Below are positions 27,527-41,193 of a stretch of 64,000 bases of DNA, in pieces. The notes under the pieces were generated by a model, which was not told where the DNA came from, did no database searches, and worked only from the letters and a program-made list of their open reading frames with translations. Origin of the DNA: Glycera tridactyla (taxonomy: Eukaryota). Location: positions 41,416,001 through 41,480,000 of the forward strand of contig OZ286477.1 in assembly GCA_965644265.1 (NCBI GenBank). Direction: 5' to 3'. The position numbers and the translations under genes are program-made. Position 1 is the first letter of the stretch; each line of letters opens with the position of its first letter.

Positions 27527-27870
27527 ACCCCCCCCCCCCTCCAGGTTTGTTCATCTAACCTGGGGTTCAATACTTACCCATTTCTCCCTAAAATTAAGCA
27601 TTCCCTGGGCCGATAGGCCTACGTGTGAACATCACAACTACACGAATAAAAATTTGTGAACTGAAACCTCCCTCTGCCGCCGCACTGAGCCACCAGGTGG
27701 CCACCACGCCAGGTCACTTCCTGTCTCCCTAACACCAACTTCTGAAGCGGGGCGGATGGGAGGGGGAATCAAATTTGAGGGAGAAATGGGTAAGTATTGA
27801 ACCCCAGGTTAGATGAACAAACCTGGGGGGGGGTTCAACTACTGTACCATTTCTCCCTTAAATTAAGCAT
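27527..27870 (-). repeat. DIRS-B 3' terminal repeat and ICR
   Basis: 27540-27595 (ccaggtttgttcatctaacctggggttcaatacttacccatttctccct) is complementary to 27777-27830 (agggagaaatgggtaagtattgaaccccaggttagatgaacaaacctgg). A second half-repeat catttctcccttaaattaagcat lies at ~27848-27870. Confidence 0.9.
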
Positions 27871-27879
27871 AGTATGCGC

Positions 27880-28390
27880 CATGGATGGTGGGCGTAGAAG
27901 CCTACACGCCGTGTCTCTCGGGTTCTAATACCTTCAGGAAGGTGAAATAAAAACAAGAATCCCCGAGAGACCCAGGGAGAGCATAAATCTCACTCCGGCG
28001 TCAGCCCGAGGCCTGTGCCAGTAGAAAGGCTGATAGATCCCACTGAGGGGTTGATTTCACTGACACTGGTCTTTCCAGCTCAAAGTTACTCTGTAAAGCT
28101 TTCATGTCGCGACTGTTCACAACGTTTCACGAAGTATACATGAAAACTAACTGAAGCGCGTTCCTATAGCCCCAGATGGTAGCCGGTCGAAGTCCAGACT
28201 CAAAGAACTCAGCTGCATCTGGGGAAGAGGGATTCTTCGGATCCACTCTCTGGGATTCACACCAGAAGCACCACTTCTTCCATCTGGCATTATACACGCG
28301 TTCAGAGGAGGGGTGGATAGAAGATGAGATCCGCTCAACTGCCTTTGTCGAGTTATCTTTGCTGGAGAGGGCACCCCCTACAGACACCAC
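27880..28390 (-). pseudogene. DIRS-B tyrosine recombinase remnant
   Basis: VYNARWKKWCFWC, TIWGYRNAL, TPQWDL joined directly to AFLLAQASG*RRSEIYAL. The PFEP segment and most of the catalytic C-terminus seen in DIRS-A are missing. Confidence 0.85.
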
Positions 28391-29881
28391 GCGGTCAGAT
28401 TCATGACCTGTGGTCTGAAATGATGTACCCTTCTTCCCTGTACCAGAAGATCAGAAGATTCCTCGGAACAGATAGCTCCCGAGGAAGATCGATAGATAGC
28501 TGGGAACCATGACTGATTCGGCAACCAAGGGGCAATGCAAATCAGTATGGTCTCCAGTACCCTGAAATGGTTGATCACGTCTCTGATTGAGGCTGTGGGA
28601 GGGAAGACGTAGGCAACCTGAAACTGATCTCAAGGAGTTGACAGTGCGTCCACTGACAGAGCTCCTTGAGCCGGAAAAGGGCAAATGAACACGGGAAGCC
28701 TCTTGTTCAGAGGGGTTGCCATCAGATCGACAGTGGGCGAGAGGTTGAATGATTGTAGGACTCGAAGAAAAACTGACGTGTCGAGTTCCCACTCTGTATT
28801 TACTGGTTTCGATCTTGACAGAGCGTCTGCCAAGATGTTTTGTTTTCCTGGTATATGTTTGACCAGAATAAACGCAGACAACTTTTCCATCAGCATAAAG
28901 ATCATCCAAGCAAGGCCACACAACGGAGCTGAATGAGTGCCGCCCTGCTTGGACAAATAAGCCACAGCTGTGGCATTGTCTGAAAGAATCAGAACTGTAT
29001 GACCGCTGATGTGAACAGAAAACTCTTTCAAGGCCAGATAGATGGCCTTGAGTCCCAAGGCATTGATTGAGTGGCTTCTCCTGACTAGAGGCCACTCCCC
29101 CAAAACCTGCCTTAGATCCTCTCCCACTGTCAGATGGGCTCCCCAACCTGTCAATGACGCATCCGTTGTTAACGTCAGTGTTGACTGACGAGGACATAAC
29201 GATACTCCCTGATATATATTGTTCTCGACTCTCCACCAAGAAATAATATGCAAAACTTCTTGGGGTATGATAACCATCTGTTCCAGAGAATCCATAAACG
29301 GTCTCCACTGAGACAGCAGAGCCATCTGGATTGGGCGCATATACAAATGACCCAGGTGCACAAGGTCCGAAAGACTGGACATGTGGCCCAAAAGCTTGAG
29401 GATCGCTCTGGCTGGCTGCCGAGGCCTGCGAAGAAATACTTTGACAGCCAGAATCAACCTGTCCACCCTCTTCAATGCCAGATGAACAAAACCCAGGTGA
29501 GTGTCTAATTCTATCCCTAGGTAAGTAAAGGACTGACTCGGTGATAGATCCGACTTCGCAAGATTGACTATCCACCCGAGTTCGGTCGCCAGCTCGAGGA
29601 CATATTGAAGCTGAATCTAGAAAATTTCTGGATCTTGGTGCCTCAGCAACCAGTCGTCCAGATAGAAATTAACCTTGTTTCCCTGTTCATGCAGATGGTG
29701 CGCCAGCTCCCGAAGAACAATAGTAAAGACTCTTGGTGCTGTATCCAGTCCAAAAGGAAGGACTCGAAACTGATGAGCCTCCTCTTCGGACACCGCAAAG
29801 TGCAGATATTTTCGATATTCTGGATTTTTTGGCACATGGGAATATGCGTCTTTTAAGTCGACGGAGACGATGGAGACGGTC
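28378..29881 (-). pseudogene. DIRS-B RT/RNase H/methyltransferase ORF
   Basis: ORFs 29617-29835, 28630-29475 and 28378-28578 lie in one frame, separated by only two nonsense codons (29617, 28630). The frame is cut at 29881 just upstream of the DLKDAY motif. Confidence 0.93.
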
Positions 29882-32800
29882 CTTCAGCATGCATTTGCAG
29901 TCCACAGCTTATGAGAGAGAATGCTACAACTTTCAGGCAAATGCCCCTGATTTCCTGATTTTCAGATTCCTGCCTGTGAAATCAGATGGCATTCCGCTGA
30001 GCAACGATAATGTCATCGGCGAGCAATTCAGATTCTGATTGAGAAAGACAAAAAGCTTGCCCTTTTTGAAAAACCAACTTTCAATTTTCTTGTATTTCAC
30101 TGGCTGTCTCTTCATTAAACCCTTTTCAGTCGAAACTTCTTCATCCATCTTTCTTATTAAAACCAGAAGGTTTGATTAACTTGTATTTGTGGTTCCATTC
30201 ATCCTTTTTATTGATGAGAATATATGGCATAGTATTCAGACAAGACAGTTTTTGCTCAAGAAGAGCTAACACAATGGTTGTCAATATCTCACAAGATTCA
30301 CCTGACATGGTGCATTATAGTTTCTGATGTGGGTGGAAATTGGATTAACATCTCAATGATTCTCGCTTGTTCCTCATTGTGTACCAACTTTCTCCCATCT
30401 CAACTCTTGTTAAACACAGAAAATCATATCTGCATATCAAATTTGAACCGGAGGATCATCAATTACACGACAATATGACTAATTCATCTGTCTGCAGACA
30501 GGTCACCCTTAAGATTGGTCCCTTCAATACTAAATCGCTGTTTGCTGTGTGGGCTGTGACTGTGACGGAAGGTGATCTAATGGTACCATTTATTAGAACA
30601 ACCATGTCATAGACCTTGGAAGCATCATCAGGTAATTCCCCACCCCAGTTTGGCTTCATGACAGAAGGTAAAACTATGACCTTAGACATGCGAGCTTCCA
30701 CATTGGAAAACTACATCTGGTGTATTGTGAGGTCGATAAGTCAGTGTCATCGTAATCTGCCACTGTATGATCACACCAGCACATGCTCACTTATTCAGTC
30801 AGCGCATCAGGATTGAAATATGGACCTATGTTTCGGGGATGTTTTGGATATCCCCAAAAGTGATCACAAAATCGGCTGTACTCATAGCCAATACATACCG
30901 AATATTGACACTAGGATATGACGCAAAGTGCATGAGAAATCATTCAAATCAGAGAGTTTTGTTAGGAAATATCAACTATCAACTCCAAAAACATGTAGGA
31001 TATGAATGACTGTGAATCAAACTAACCTGTCTTCGAATTTGATGAGAACCTGTTGTTCATCTAGATCCAAACAGTCATTCTGAATATAACATGTATAAAG
31101 AAATCATGAAGGTTATGATATTTGGGGAGAGATAATATCAAAAACTATTCAGTCTTCAAAGAGAGATATGTATGGCTATTACAACCAATGACAACATAGA
31201 GGATCAGATCATTGAACTACAGAGTATGGCTGTAACAGTTCACTGCTATCCCCCATGCAACAATATCACCTGCCATGACTCCAAGCATCGTCGAGCTCTT
31301 CACAGAGGGTTAAATACAAAACCTTGCTGCTATCAAGTATGTAACAACAACTGCCATATCATCCAGCTCACATGTGCTCTCAGTGATTTCGAATTAGTAG
31401 TAGCCCTGAAAAAAGTGATTACATGCATCAATAACCAACCAGATGCCTATTTATGATAAGATGAGAGTACATCAGGATCAACACACATGACATGTGCTAC
31501 TGATGGCCGACCATGGATGCCATTGATGAGAGAGACAGACTGAGTTACCCATTGGGGCTTGAGTTATACATGCTCTAATAGTTTTCCAATAATAGCTTGT
31601 TATGAAAGGCGCCTATCATCCTCTAACATCCAGTTTGCTTATGATTGCATCCCTTCGTGATTTATAATGCACTCACCAACTTACACTAGCTGCCTAACTC
31701 TCCCTCTCAGATTATTCTGTATTGCATGAATGTAGAGACAAACAAGTGCGGAGACTGGGGAAGAGACGTACAGCGGAATGAATAGGTGGATGGATGAAGG
31801 GATGGATAGATACCTTGAGGTACACACATAGACACACATACAAATTCCTGGCCAGGGAACGTGATAACTGGTTCAGCCCACTTGTCTCATTTGTGTTCAA
31901 CTTATATACATTGTGCATGTTACCCCCAACTACTAATATGCTGTCAAGTCTACCGGTCGATGTACCACTGAGTCATCCCATGAAAAACAAAGATCCGTTG
32001 AGAAATGCTACGGTATCATGATATATGCACAATTATTCATGCTCACTTCATCTTAGATATTCATTACAAATTCAATCGATTTTTAGGTTCTGTAGAAGGG
32101 GGACATAGATGGATGAACTCATTTCCCTCCACGTACAGGCATGCAGAAGCTAACACATGCACACACTTACAGACACGCCCGCCTCACACACACACAAACA
32201 CACAGTTGCACGCACACACGAATGCACACAGTAATACACTCACACACTCAAACCATCTCATCCATACGTGCACAAATCCGTTCACATGCATATTGTCGTG
32301 GGTACTCACAGACATTCTCAAATACTCACATATCAACACACGGTCACTCATCTGTTTAATTCTTTCACACAATGACCTCTATTCCATCACTCAAAATCAC
32401 TCACATTAACACACATGATCACTCATACACATGAACCATCACACACAAACGCAGGGACAGCACATCCAGCTTCCATTGAATTGACAAGAAATGCATGCCA
32501 TACATAATCCACTAGGCTGATACTTGCCATATACCTCAACTAAATCTTACCGATTTCGAGTAAGACAAGTTGAGATGGAGTGACATCTCACCTACAACAA
32601 AAAAATCAATACGCACCATCAGCATCTCACACTGGAATGCTAGCAGCCGAAATCAGCATCACAATATAATAATCCGATGAGGATAGATCGGAATATACGT
32701 CATGAATACCTGATCGTGTGATATTCATTAAAGAAACCGTGGAGTGATATTTGATGTCTTTTGGGAAGGTTGTATCACATTTATGCGATAAACAAAGGAT

Positions 32801-35800
32801 GGTCATGAACTCATAATTGTAGTGCTTCACAGAAAGTTGTATCGCATTTATGCGATAAACAAAGGATGGTCATAAACTCGTAATTATAGTGCTTCACAGA
32901 AGGTGAAAAATCAGTGGAATACATACCAATGGCCTGGTGCTCAGAGGACATAATAATGCACCATATCTCATACCAAATATTATGAGATGCGTATATCAGT
33001 CATTAAATCATCAAGCCATTTGACAACCACCAAGAAGCATAACATTTGTGGGCTTTTGTTTCATATGATCAGAGCCGGAGTCTGACCGTCAATGTCCTCG
33101 ATGAGGCATGTGTAAAGTTGCGGCATACTAAATCATATCTGATCATGATTCCAGCAATTATGAATGTTTGTTTATTAGAATGGGTTTGACGTCCTTTCAC
33201 ACTTCTTGAGTTATATCAGACGGAGAACTAGAATTGCTGAAGAAGAGGAGCACAGCTGTTGGGAGCTGTCCCTACTTTTCACGAAGGACAGCAGTCATCA
33301 CCGCTCAAGATAGGTAAGAAAATATGGGGGTCCCATTCTTCACCTCTGGTGTGCCAATGGTTTCAGCAACCTAATGGGGAACAATTGCAGCAATATAAGT
33401 CAACTTTATGGAGGACGCTAGATGTTGATAAGCATCGGTGACATTGGGAGGTATCACAGCTCAAACAATCGACCAGTATTTGAGCTACCACTGTGTATAC
33501 TCAGTCGTAGTTTGTGGGAGATGATATGCCCCCCGCCAGGCATCTGACCTTTATGAAGGACGTCATCATTGGATCATCAAGATTATTACTGACATATATT
33601 GATGACATCACTGACAGATACCACCATAGTTACGGTTAGATGGCAGCAGTAGATAAGAATAGAGAGAGGGAGAGAGCAAGAGAGAGAGAAAGAGAGAGAG
33701 AGAAAACAGACAGACAGAATGCTTTTTTCATACGGGAAATCACTTATCGCAGTTCTCTATATGGCCATCAATCTAGGGTGGAAAAAGTGCATCACTAATG
33801 AGAGCCTCCACTGTTGATGGATATCCGTAATCGAAGAAGAAATGACAGTGCATTAGACACTGGGTCACTATAACAATTCCTGGCATGATCTTTTGGGATA
33901 AATATTTCTGTTTTCTGATGACTTCTTCTTCGAGCCGACAGTCATAGACAGAGATAGATACATGTATGAAGCCATGGGGGAAAAAAGGTGGAGGAAAGTG
34001 TACCAATAGGCAGAAAGACGCAAACATGAGGAGTTAAAGACATGTGAAATAAGAAATGAATGGAGAGACATTCGGACAGACAGACAGAGAGACAGGCAGG
34101 TATGTAGGCAGTTAAACCAATGAACAGATTGACTGGCTGATAGATGAATGGATGGATGGGTGAATGGATGATTGGATGAATGGACTGATGATCTGATGGA
34201 CTGATCGGTGGACAATTGTACATCAGCAGGATGGGAAGAGAGTTGGGCAGTAAGACAGGCATGTACAGAGTCAGGCAGGAAGTCACAGACGGATGAAGCA
34301 CAGTAGTGAGCATGCAAAAATGACAATATATTAGATCACATAACCTCTGTTGTATATTACCACATGGAGTCATGGTGGACAAGCTCTCGACTGGACGAGG
34401 TATATCTGAACCTATCTCTTCTGAAAGATAATGATGATTGCGTCTGGTTCATCTCTCCGGGAGAAGTCATACACAATGGGTGCCTGTGATAAATGGCCTC
34501 TTTGTATCATTCAAGTTGGGGTAAATCAGTGATGGTTGTTGGTGCCCATGCAAGAACTGATGATTCTCGATGTCCGTGTGATATCTCACAATGGTAAAAA
34601 TGTTTCCAGCCATATCACCCAAGTTTCAATCCTTACCTCATTCCTAATGGCACCGTCACATCTTTTCAGAAGCAGCAACCAGATCACGGCATTCACACTC
34701 TTCTATCTCCTAATTGGCGGAACACCGCAAATGACAAAGTCTGATGAACCTTACATGTTCAAATGTATTCTGAAATTGCCTAGGTTCTCGAAACTTAAGA
34801 CATGTCCAGACCTGTCTGTGCTTCGGCTCTCATCAGGGCATTGTGGAGTCAACCATAGCCAAAATACTATAATTCTGTAATTCCGATATTCGACCACAGT
34901 CTGTATCTCTTCATTGGTGAAAAGTGCTGTCATGGGCTGATGACAGCAATATATATAATAGCAGTGAAACACATATGACTCAGTTTGCGATTCAGATGTC
35001 TTCAGGATGTGAGTTTTCAAAAGTCGGATGACTGGCATTCGAATATGGATAAGCGTCGACAAGTGTTGATTAGGTGGTCTGAGTTGTAAAACTGGTATCA
35101 TCTCCATTCATACAGGGGGGCAGGGTATTCCCTAAGCAGAAAATGACTCGTTAATGGTGACACTACTCCAGGGCTGTCATGGCATGAATTGCCCCCCCCC
35201 CCAGACATGAGTTGAGCTACTTGCATTGATACACAAAAGCAACATCACCAGTTTCATATGCTTGGTCTATAAGAGAACAGGATTAACCTCAGAGTAATTG
35301 CCTTTCACTGAGACATTAGAATTACTTTTTGGATCGAGGCTCTCAAGAAATGTGGATCACCATCATCCGTTCTGCCACCTCACCATCAGGATTTAGTCAT
35401 CATTCAGAGGACATCACCTGGTCCTTCCCGCAATCAAGATCTTTCTGCTTTTTTACTAATTAGAGATCTGTCTCCTGGGAATCCCATGCTTTCTTGATAC
35501 CATGCTTCGGTCATTATATCTTCGATGGTGAAACTGAGATAATTGGAACAGATTGCGATTAAACTGATTACTGTAACGGTCATGATGATTTGTGTGTATA
35601 ACGCATTCACCATGATTTTGTTTTCCATTCCAAAGTCATTTCCACATCAGGATTACGAGGACAGTTTGTGCATCAGAGCAATCATCATTTACTGCAGTTT
35701 TTCACCTTGCTAATTCATGCGTAGTCCTTTGCGAGTATCGTGGATACCGAGACTGTCTTCTGATAGGGAATGCCTTGTTCGTTTTAGTCAGAAAAGTATG

Positions 35801-37074
35801 GGCTAATTCACAGATCCACCCCTACTGGTTCTAGAGATAAACGAGTGAGATACAGAAATTTGAGACCAGAATTTGAAGGCAACCTACTGATAAATAAATG
35901 AAAAAATATCGGAAGATTACAAACTTCACCACCGGGGATTACCTTCAATATCTCACAGCTGGGCAGTACATATTCTTCCATCTCTGGTTCTTTGAAACTC
36001 TGATGAGATCAGCTCATTGATACAGCGAATGAGACAGGTCAGATGAGTCCGAGATGAATGTCTTCTTTCTGATTAATATCAGGCTTTCCTCCCCTATAAA
36101 GTACTGTCACAGATGATTACAAACTGGGCGAAAACGAGGCATCCAATCATACTCCATCTGTCTCTGCTGAGTTATATCTATTGATCGATCATATCGGCAG
36201 CTATGCACCGTAACATAAATGAGGTTCAAAAGAGCGAGATCATACCAACTGCTTTGTGGGCATGCCGATCATTTTTCACCATCTAATTTTTGACGAACCA
36301 CTAGGCGGAAATCCGTTCAGAGTTGGTGGGAAAAAAAATGACAGATGAAGTTTTGATGCATCCCAGGATGAAACAAATACATATATTTGAAATTGAAGAA
36401 GCCATGTGATTACTTATGTGTATATGATTAGGATGGGCTTCGGAATAATGGAAGAATTATGGGAATTCAGCTTTTGAAGTTCCATGTGTCAGGAGATGAC
36501 TTTCCATTTATAACAATGGTGAAGATTTGCAGAGTCTTATTGTATGATTTGTATACGACATAGAGGGTGGCGAGGAAGGCGACTATAGATATGATTAGTG
36601 CTTGAAGCAAGAATGGAAAATCTTGCGAGAAAATCAAAAACAGAATGGATTATGGCATTTGTTCAGAAATGAGAGGAATATTATCAAGGGGTCATAGTTG
36701 TATAATTGATTTGATGTACATCATAGATCACACTGCATGTACACAGGGGGACGGGGTGGGGTCAGGGTACAGCCTAATGGCTCCTTAATGGCATCACAGC
36801 GTGTACCTTCCATCAGACCTCTGATTAGCCTGCTGTATGACAGAACCACTACTTCCCCTGGACATGCATGGCCTAGTGCCCGATACCAGCAAAGATCGTG
36901 TTCATACTGATAGACAGACGTTCAGTCAGATATCCAATCACTTGCAGGATTCTGCCTTCCTAGAAATGTTTATCATCCTTCGTCACTCGATAGCTGAACA
37001 TCACTATATGGTGATCACTTGAAAAGCATCGCCTAGTTCCAGACCTAATAACGATCTGATTCTAGATAGATGAT
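29882..37074 (-). repeat. Inverted repeat IR1, right arm (~7.2 kb)
   Basis: Mirror of 19837-27379. It lacks 23378-23750. The match ends at tctagatagatgat (37061-37074). Confidence 0.97.
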
Positions 37075-37204
37075 AACCATTAAGACAATATATCATTGTC
37101 TATACTTTCCAAGTAATGGTGGGATGACTTTCAGGATATACCTAGACCCCGTCATGAAATTTCGAGAATTGGTGAAAACTGCATCAATTACTTGAGATGG
37201 TAGA

Positions 37205-40200
37205 ATTATGTGCTGATGTCGGAACAATACACAGCTTCCATTATGAGAGGATGAGTTATGATGTGTTGCAATAATGCAAGTTGGTGATACAGTATTCATC
37301 ACCCAGACAACATGATTACATTATCATATTGCCCCTTACAACCTCATGACAGGCCTCTGTACATTAACATCCGATTATGTGCATCGTCTCTACAGTATAT
37401 GCCAGTCTGGCTCTGATATGCATATGGTGCAAATACAGCAATGATGTGGCTCAAGGGAGGAGAGCAATTTCTCATTCCATGAATTCAAAAAGTGTCAATC
37501 TAGCTTTTTAAACTCAATGTCAATGTTCCATCTTTAGATATCCTTATTGAGCCCTAAATCAAAATAATCCGTTTTCAGTTCTATTCGGAGATCACCACTC
37601 TTGTCCCCCAAGATAATCATCAACAACATCAAGTTATATATGCGCTGGAGCTTGGATGCATCTTTTCAGATTTTTTCGTAGCATTTCATCATTCTGTTTA
37701 TCCTCCTATCTGGCCATCCATAATCCCATCCATACACCCTTTTCTCCATCATTCTATCCCTCATTCCTCAATCCCCCGATTCACCGAACCACCCTCACAT
37801 ACATCTGCTCTATGCACGCACCGAACCACCTAACCACTACCCTATTGAGGGATTTTCTTCAGATTAAAGGGTAACACGAAAAAGTGGATCACATATCCGC
37901 CTGTCAAACCACCAGTTGAACACAATTTCATTCGAATCATCATTGTCATTCTCTTGTTGCATACAGGTCAGACTTGTCAGACTATATTCACTCATATTTC
38001 TGAAGAATATGAAGGTGACAGCCAGTTAGGAGAAGCCAACATGAAAACAGTCTTCAATTTGGTTCCTGTAAAATCATCACTGATATATTCATTTGAAGTT
38101 GAATCGCTCAGTCATGATATGCATTATGGATCTGCTTGTTTGGATTTCAAATGTTGACATTTCGTTACCACTTCTGCTATCCACAAAGGGTAGAGAACTG
38201 CCCCGCAGTAGTACCCCTTCCTTCAACGTTCACAATTCTTTGGTCAGATATGATCCAAAAGTGTTGCAAGGAAGTCAAAGCTGGACAAAGAAACAGACTG
38301 GAATGAGCCAATTTTCATATCACCGACAATGTCACCATCACCAAAAGTGAACCAAACCACTACGATCATACCTTTGCTTCTTTCACCACAGTCAACCTGA
38401 TGGTGTGCATTGCCGAAATATGTGTATTGAATGATAGCATTCTGCCCTGAATTATTGTGTGTGACCATCACTTAAGGTATTGAAATTCCGTGCATAGCGA
38501 GGCATTCATTTTCGGCCGATGTCATGACATATACCAACCCACCGTCTGCAAGCTCAACAAACTTGTTCATCCTCCTTCTTTTTCGACCCCAGCAGCGAAA
38601 GATACCATTACAGGTATGTAGGAAATTTTATTGATCAATGCTGTAGAGGGTTGACTTATTCAGGTCAGACTCACATGTGCTACGTTGTGATGCCCATGCA
38701 ATTAGCACGCATGGGGTCATACAAACTCAAACTTTTGGTTCCCAAATGTAAGTTGAGGATTAACGAAATATGTTTACAGGGTATAGTCACACACTTCCTA
38801 AGACTTACTCACTTGTACACTTTGGAAAGAGTACTCATGATTCGAGTTTCGAGACTCATAAAAGCAGTAAGATGTGGCGTTGTGTCCGTCAGCTGGTTGA
38901 AGGCCCCCTGCTTTGATCGGAATGTCTGCCCTCCACCTAAATGATGGAGGAGGGCAAGTCGGACGTAATAATTGGAAGTACACATGGTGTTGAGAGTATA
39001 TAGCAACTTAAAATGTGGATTCTCATCTGAACCAAATTAATTCAAATATTCTTTCATTTCATGATAATGCGGAGCTGCTGGTTTTTTAGCTGAGTCGTGC
39101 TCCTCCATTACCAGACATGAAAAATGCTGCACATTGCTGGATATCTGAATTATTGACTTTATCAGTAGTAATTGTTGGTTTATGCCTTATAGAATATGTG
39201 TCCGATCTCATCTTCGCTCCTCCTCGGCAGGTGTTCTGATTCAGCCTACTCAAGTGCAGAAAGTGGACTTAAAACGGTAACATTTAATTTTTTCAGATAT
39301 GGAAACATAGCATGTCCCCAGAAACTTTCATCTCCACACATTGATGTCGTTACTTCGGGCATATGCGGTCTATGTCAGCATCTAATCTAATGCTAAATTA
39401 GCATTATTTGCATATTTCTCCGATCAGTAGGCTCACCAGGAGCTGATTGAGATTACCTATTGCATAAACAGAGCCAACACAAGACTAACCAGTGATTCGC
39501 CAGCGGTAATCAGGTGAATGTACGCGAGTTTCATTATACTGTAGCCATCAGAGATTATGTGATTATCAAAAGAATTGCACAACTGCTTATTATTGAGAGN
39601 NNNNNNNNNNNNNNNNNNNNNNNNNNNNNNNNNNNNNNNNNNNNNNNNNNNNNNNNNNNNNNNNNNNNNNNNNNNNNNNNNNNNNNNNNNNNNNNNNNNN
39701 NNNNNNNNNNNNNNNNNNNNNNNNNNNNNNNNNNNNNNNNNNNNNNNNNNNNNNNNNNNNNNNNNNNNNNNNNNNNNNNNNNNNNNNNNNNNNNNNNNNN
39801 NNNNNATCATCATTATCATCAACACCATCATCACCACCAGTATTCCGTCGAGTCAGCCATTTCTCGGTATACCAATGCGAATTCAGCCAGCTTTCGTGCT
39901 ACAGACGGAACCCATCTATTATAGTATCCCGACAGGGACGATCTCTTGGGATGGTGTCGAAGAATGTTGTACCCTAATCTGGCTGAAAAATACCCATTTG
40001 TTTCTTCATAAATGCTATGTCTTGGGTTTTTCTGAACAGCTGCAGCATCAGCAGAAGCAGCTGTTGCGGCAGCAGCAACATCGTCATCATCTCGTTGATT
40101 CAGGTGTTCCTTGGCAACCCGAAGCCAATATAGCCACGAGTCTAGCTGCTCACGAGACCCCTCCAACATGTTATCCTGACATGGACAGTCTCAGGAGGAG

Positions 40201-40600
40201 GAACAACTTCATCATCCTCGCCCTCATCGTCATAGTCACTGTCATTGTCATCGTCGTCATCAACGACAACTGTGATCAGTGTGACAGCGACAACATCAGA
40301 AGCAGAAGAGCGGCAATAATTTCAACAATGGAAAGATGGACAGCGGTAGCCGAGAAATCCTCCGAAATAGGATCGAGACCTTTGTGTATCATCTTGCCAA
40401 GAGGCAAGAACACTCACAAGGGTCATGTGCGCTGAAATATTTGACTTTGGGAGTGAGCCCTCATTGTGCCACCTTGTCTATCCCAAGATACTTTGCTCAG
40501 AAGTATGTCAATCGTGGGCAGATATGGGTCAGTCGAAATTTCCCCTAGTAGACATCCTGGAAAATCATCAGAGCTCGCATGTCGATGATGAGTTTCAGGG
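37205..40600 (+). repeat. Further diverged direct paralogue (delta) of ~44730-46530
   Basis: 37210-37380 matches 44735-44920, 38975-39140 matches 45395-45560, and 39490-39585 matches 45845-45935. Weaker similarity at 40440-40490 to 46476-46520. Confidence 0.75.
39208..39285 (+). mobile_element. 5'-truncated copy of the same SINE
   Basis: tcatcttcg.tcctcctcggcaggtg...agcctactcaagtgcag.aagtggac.taaa matches 62619-62690. Confidence 0.75.
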
Positions 40601-41193
40601 TGTTCACTTTGGTTGGTCGGTTGGCTCTGGCTCACCGTCATAGCAGCGTGTGTGTGCTATATTGGTACGCTCATGCAATAGACATCGATCGAACCATTCA
40701 ACACCCCTGCTTCTAGGTTCTCGATTGAACTTAAAAAATCATGATAGTCACAGACTTCTATGGTGGTGGATATGAGATAGTGTGTGGGAGAAACATTAGA
40801 CCCAACCCTCCAAATCAGTTAAACCACCCGTAATTCACGCATAAAACCCTAATGATGCTGCGAAATGCTCCTCAACCACCCTTCAATCATCATCACTATA
40901 GAGATTACTGGTACTCACGAGGTCATATCCTCAAAAAATATATTTATCTCGAGAGATATCCTCTGGGGCTGGTTTTGTTGTTTTGGGAAGCGACACATTG
41001 GGAATACGTATGTGTAGGTGAATATTGGTGGCAACAAAGTGTATCTTTGATATTGACCCTGAGTATATTATCTGTTGTGAGAATGAATCTACCATATATA
41101 TTGATTTTTTTATAATGCATCACATATCTTGTGACACCTTGTCCCACTATTTGTTCACTTATTATCATTGTTGTTTATCAATGTATATATGTA

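Larger units (their letters stand above)
27527..29881 (-). mobile_element. DIRS1-like retrotransposon (DIRS-B), 5'-truncated within RT, YR internally deleted
   Basis: On the minus strand: RT (VDLKDAY, QFRVLPFGL, YLDDW), RNase H (TDASLTGWG, SDN, ADALSR), methyltransferase (DLMAT, VFPP, APWLP), a YR remnant, ICR 27765-27870 and terminal repeat 27527-27606. Confidence 0.95.

Noticed and set aside
19837-37074. Polinton/Maverick or foldback transposon with giant TIRs
   Set aside because: No integrase, pPolB, protease or capsid motifs, no TSD, and no (AG)n/(TC)n termini; the spacer is a truncated DIRS rather than an internal coding region.
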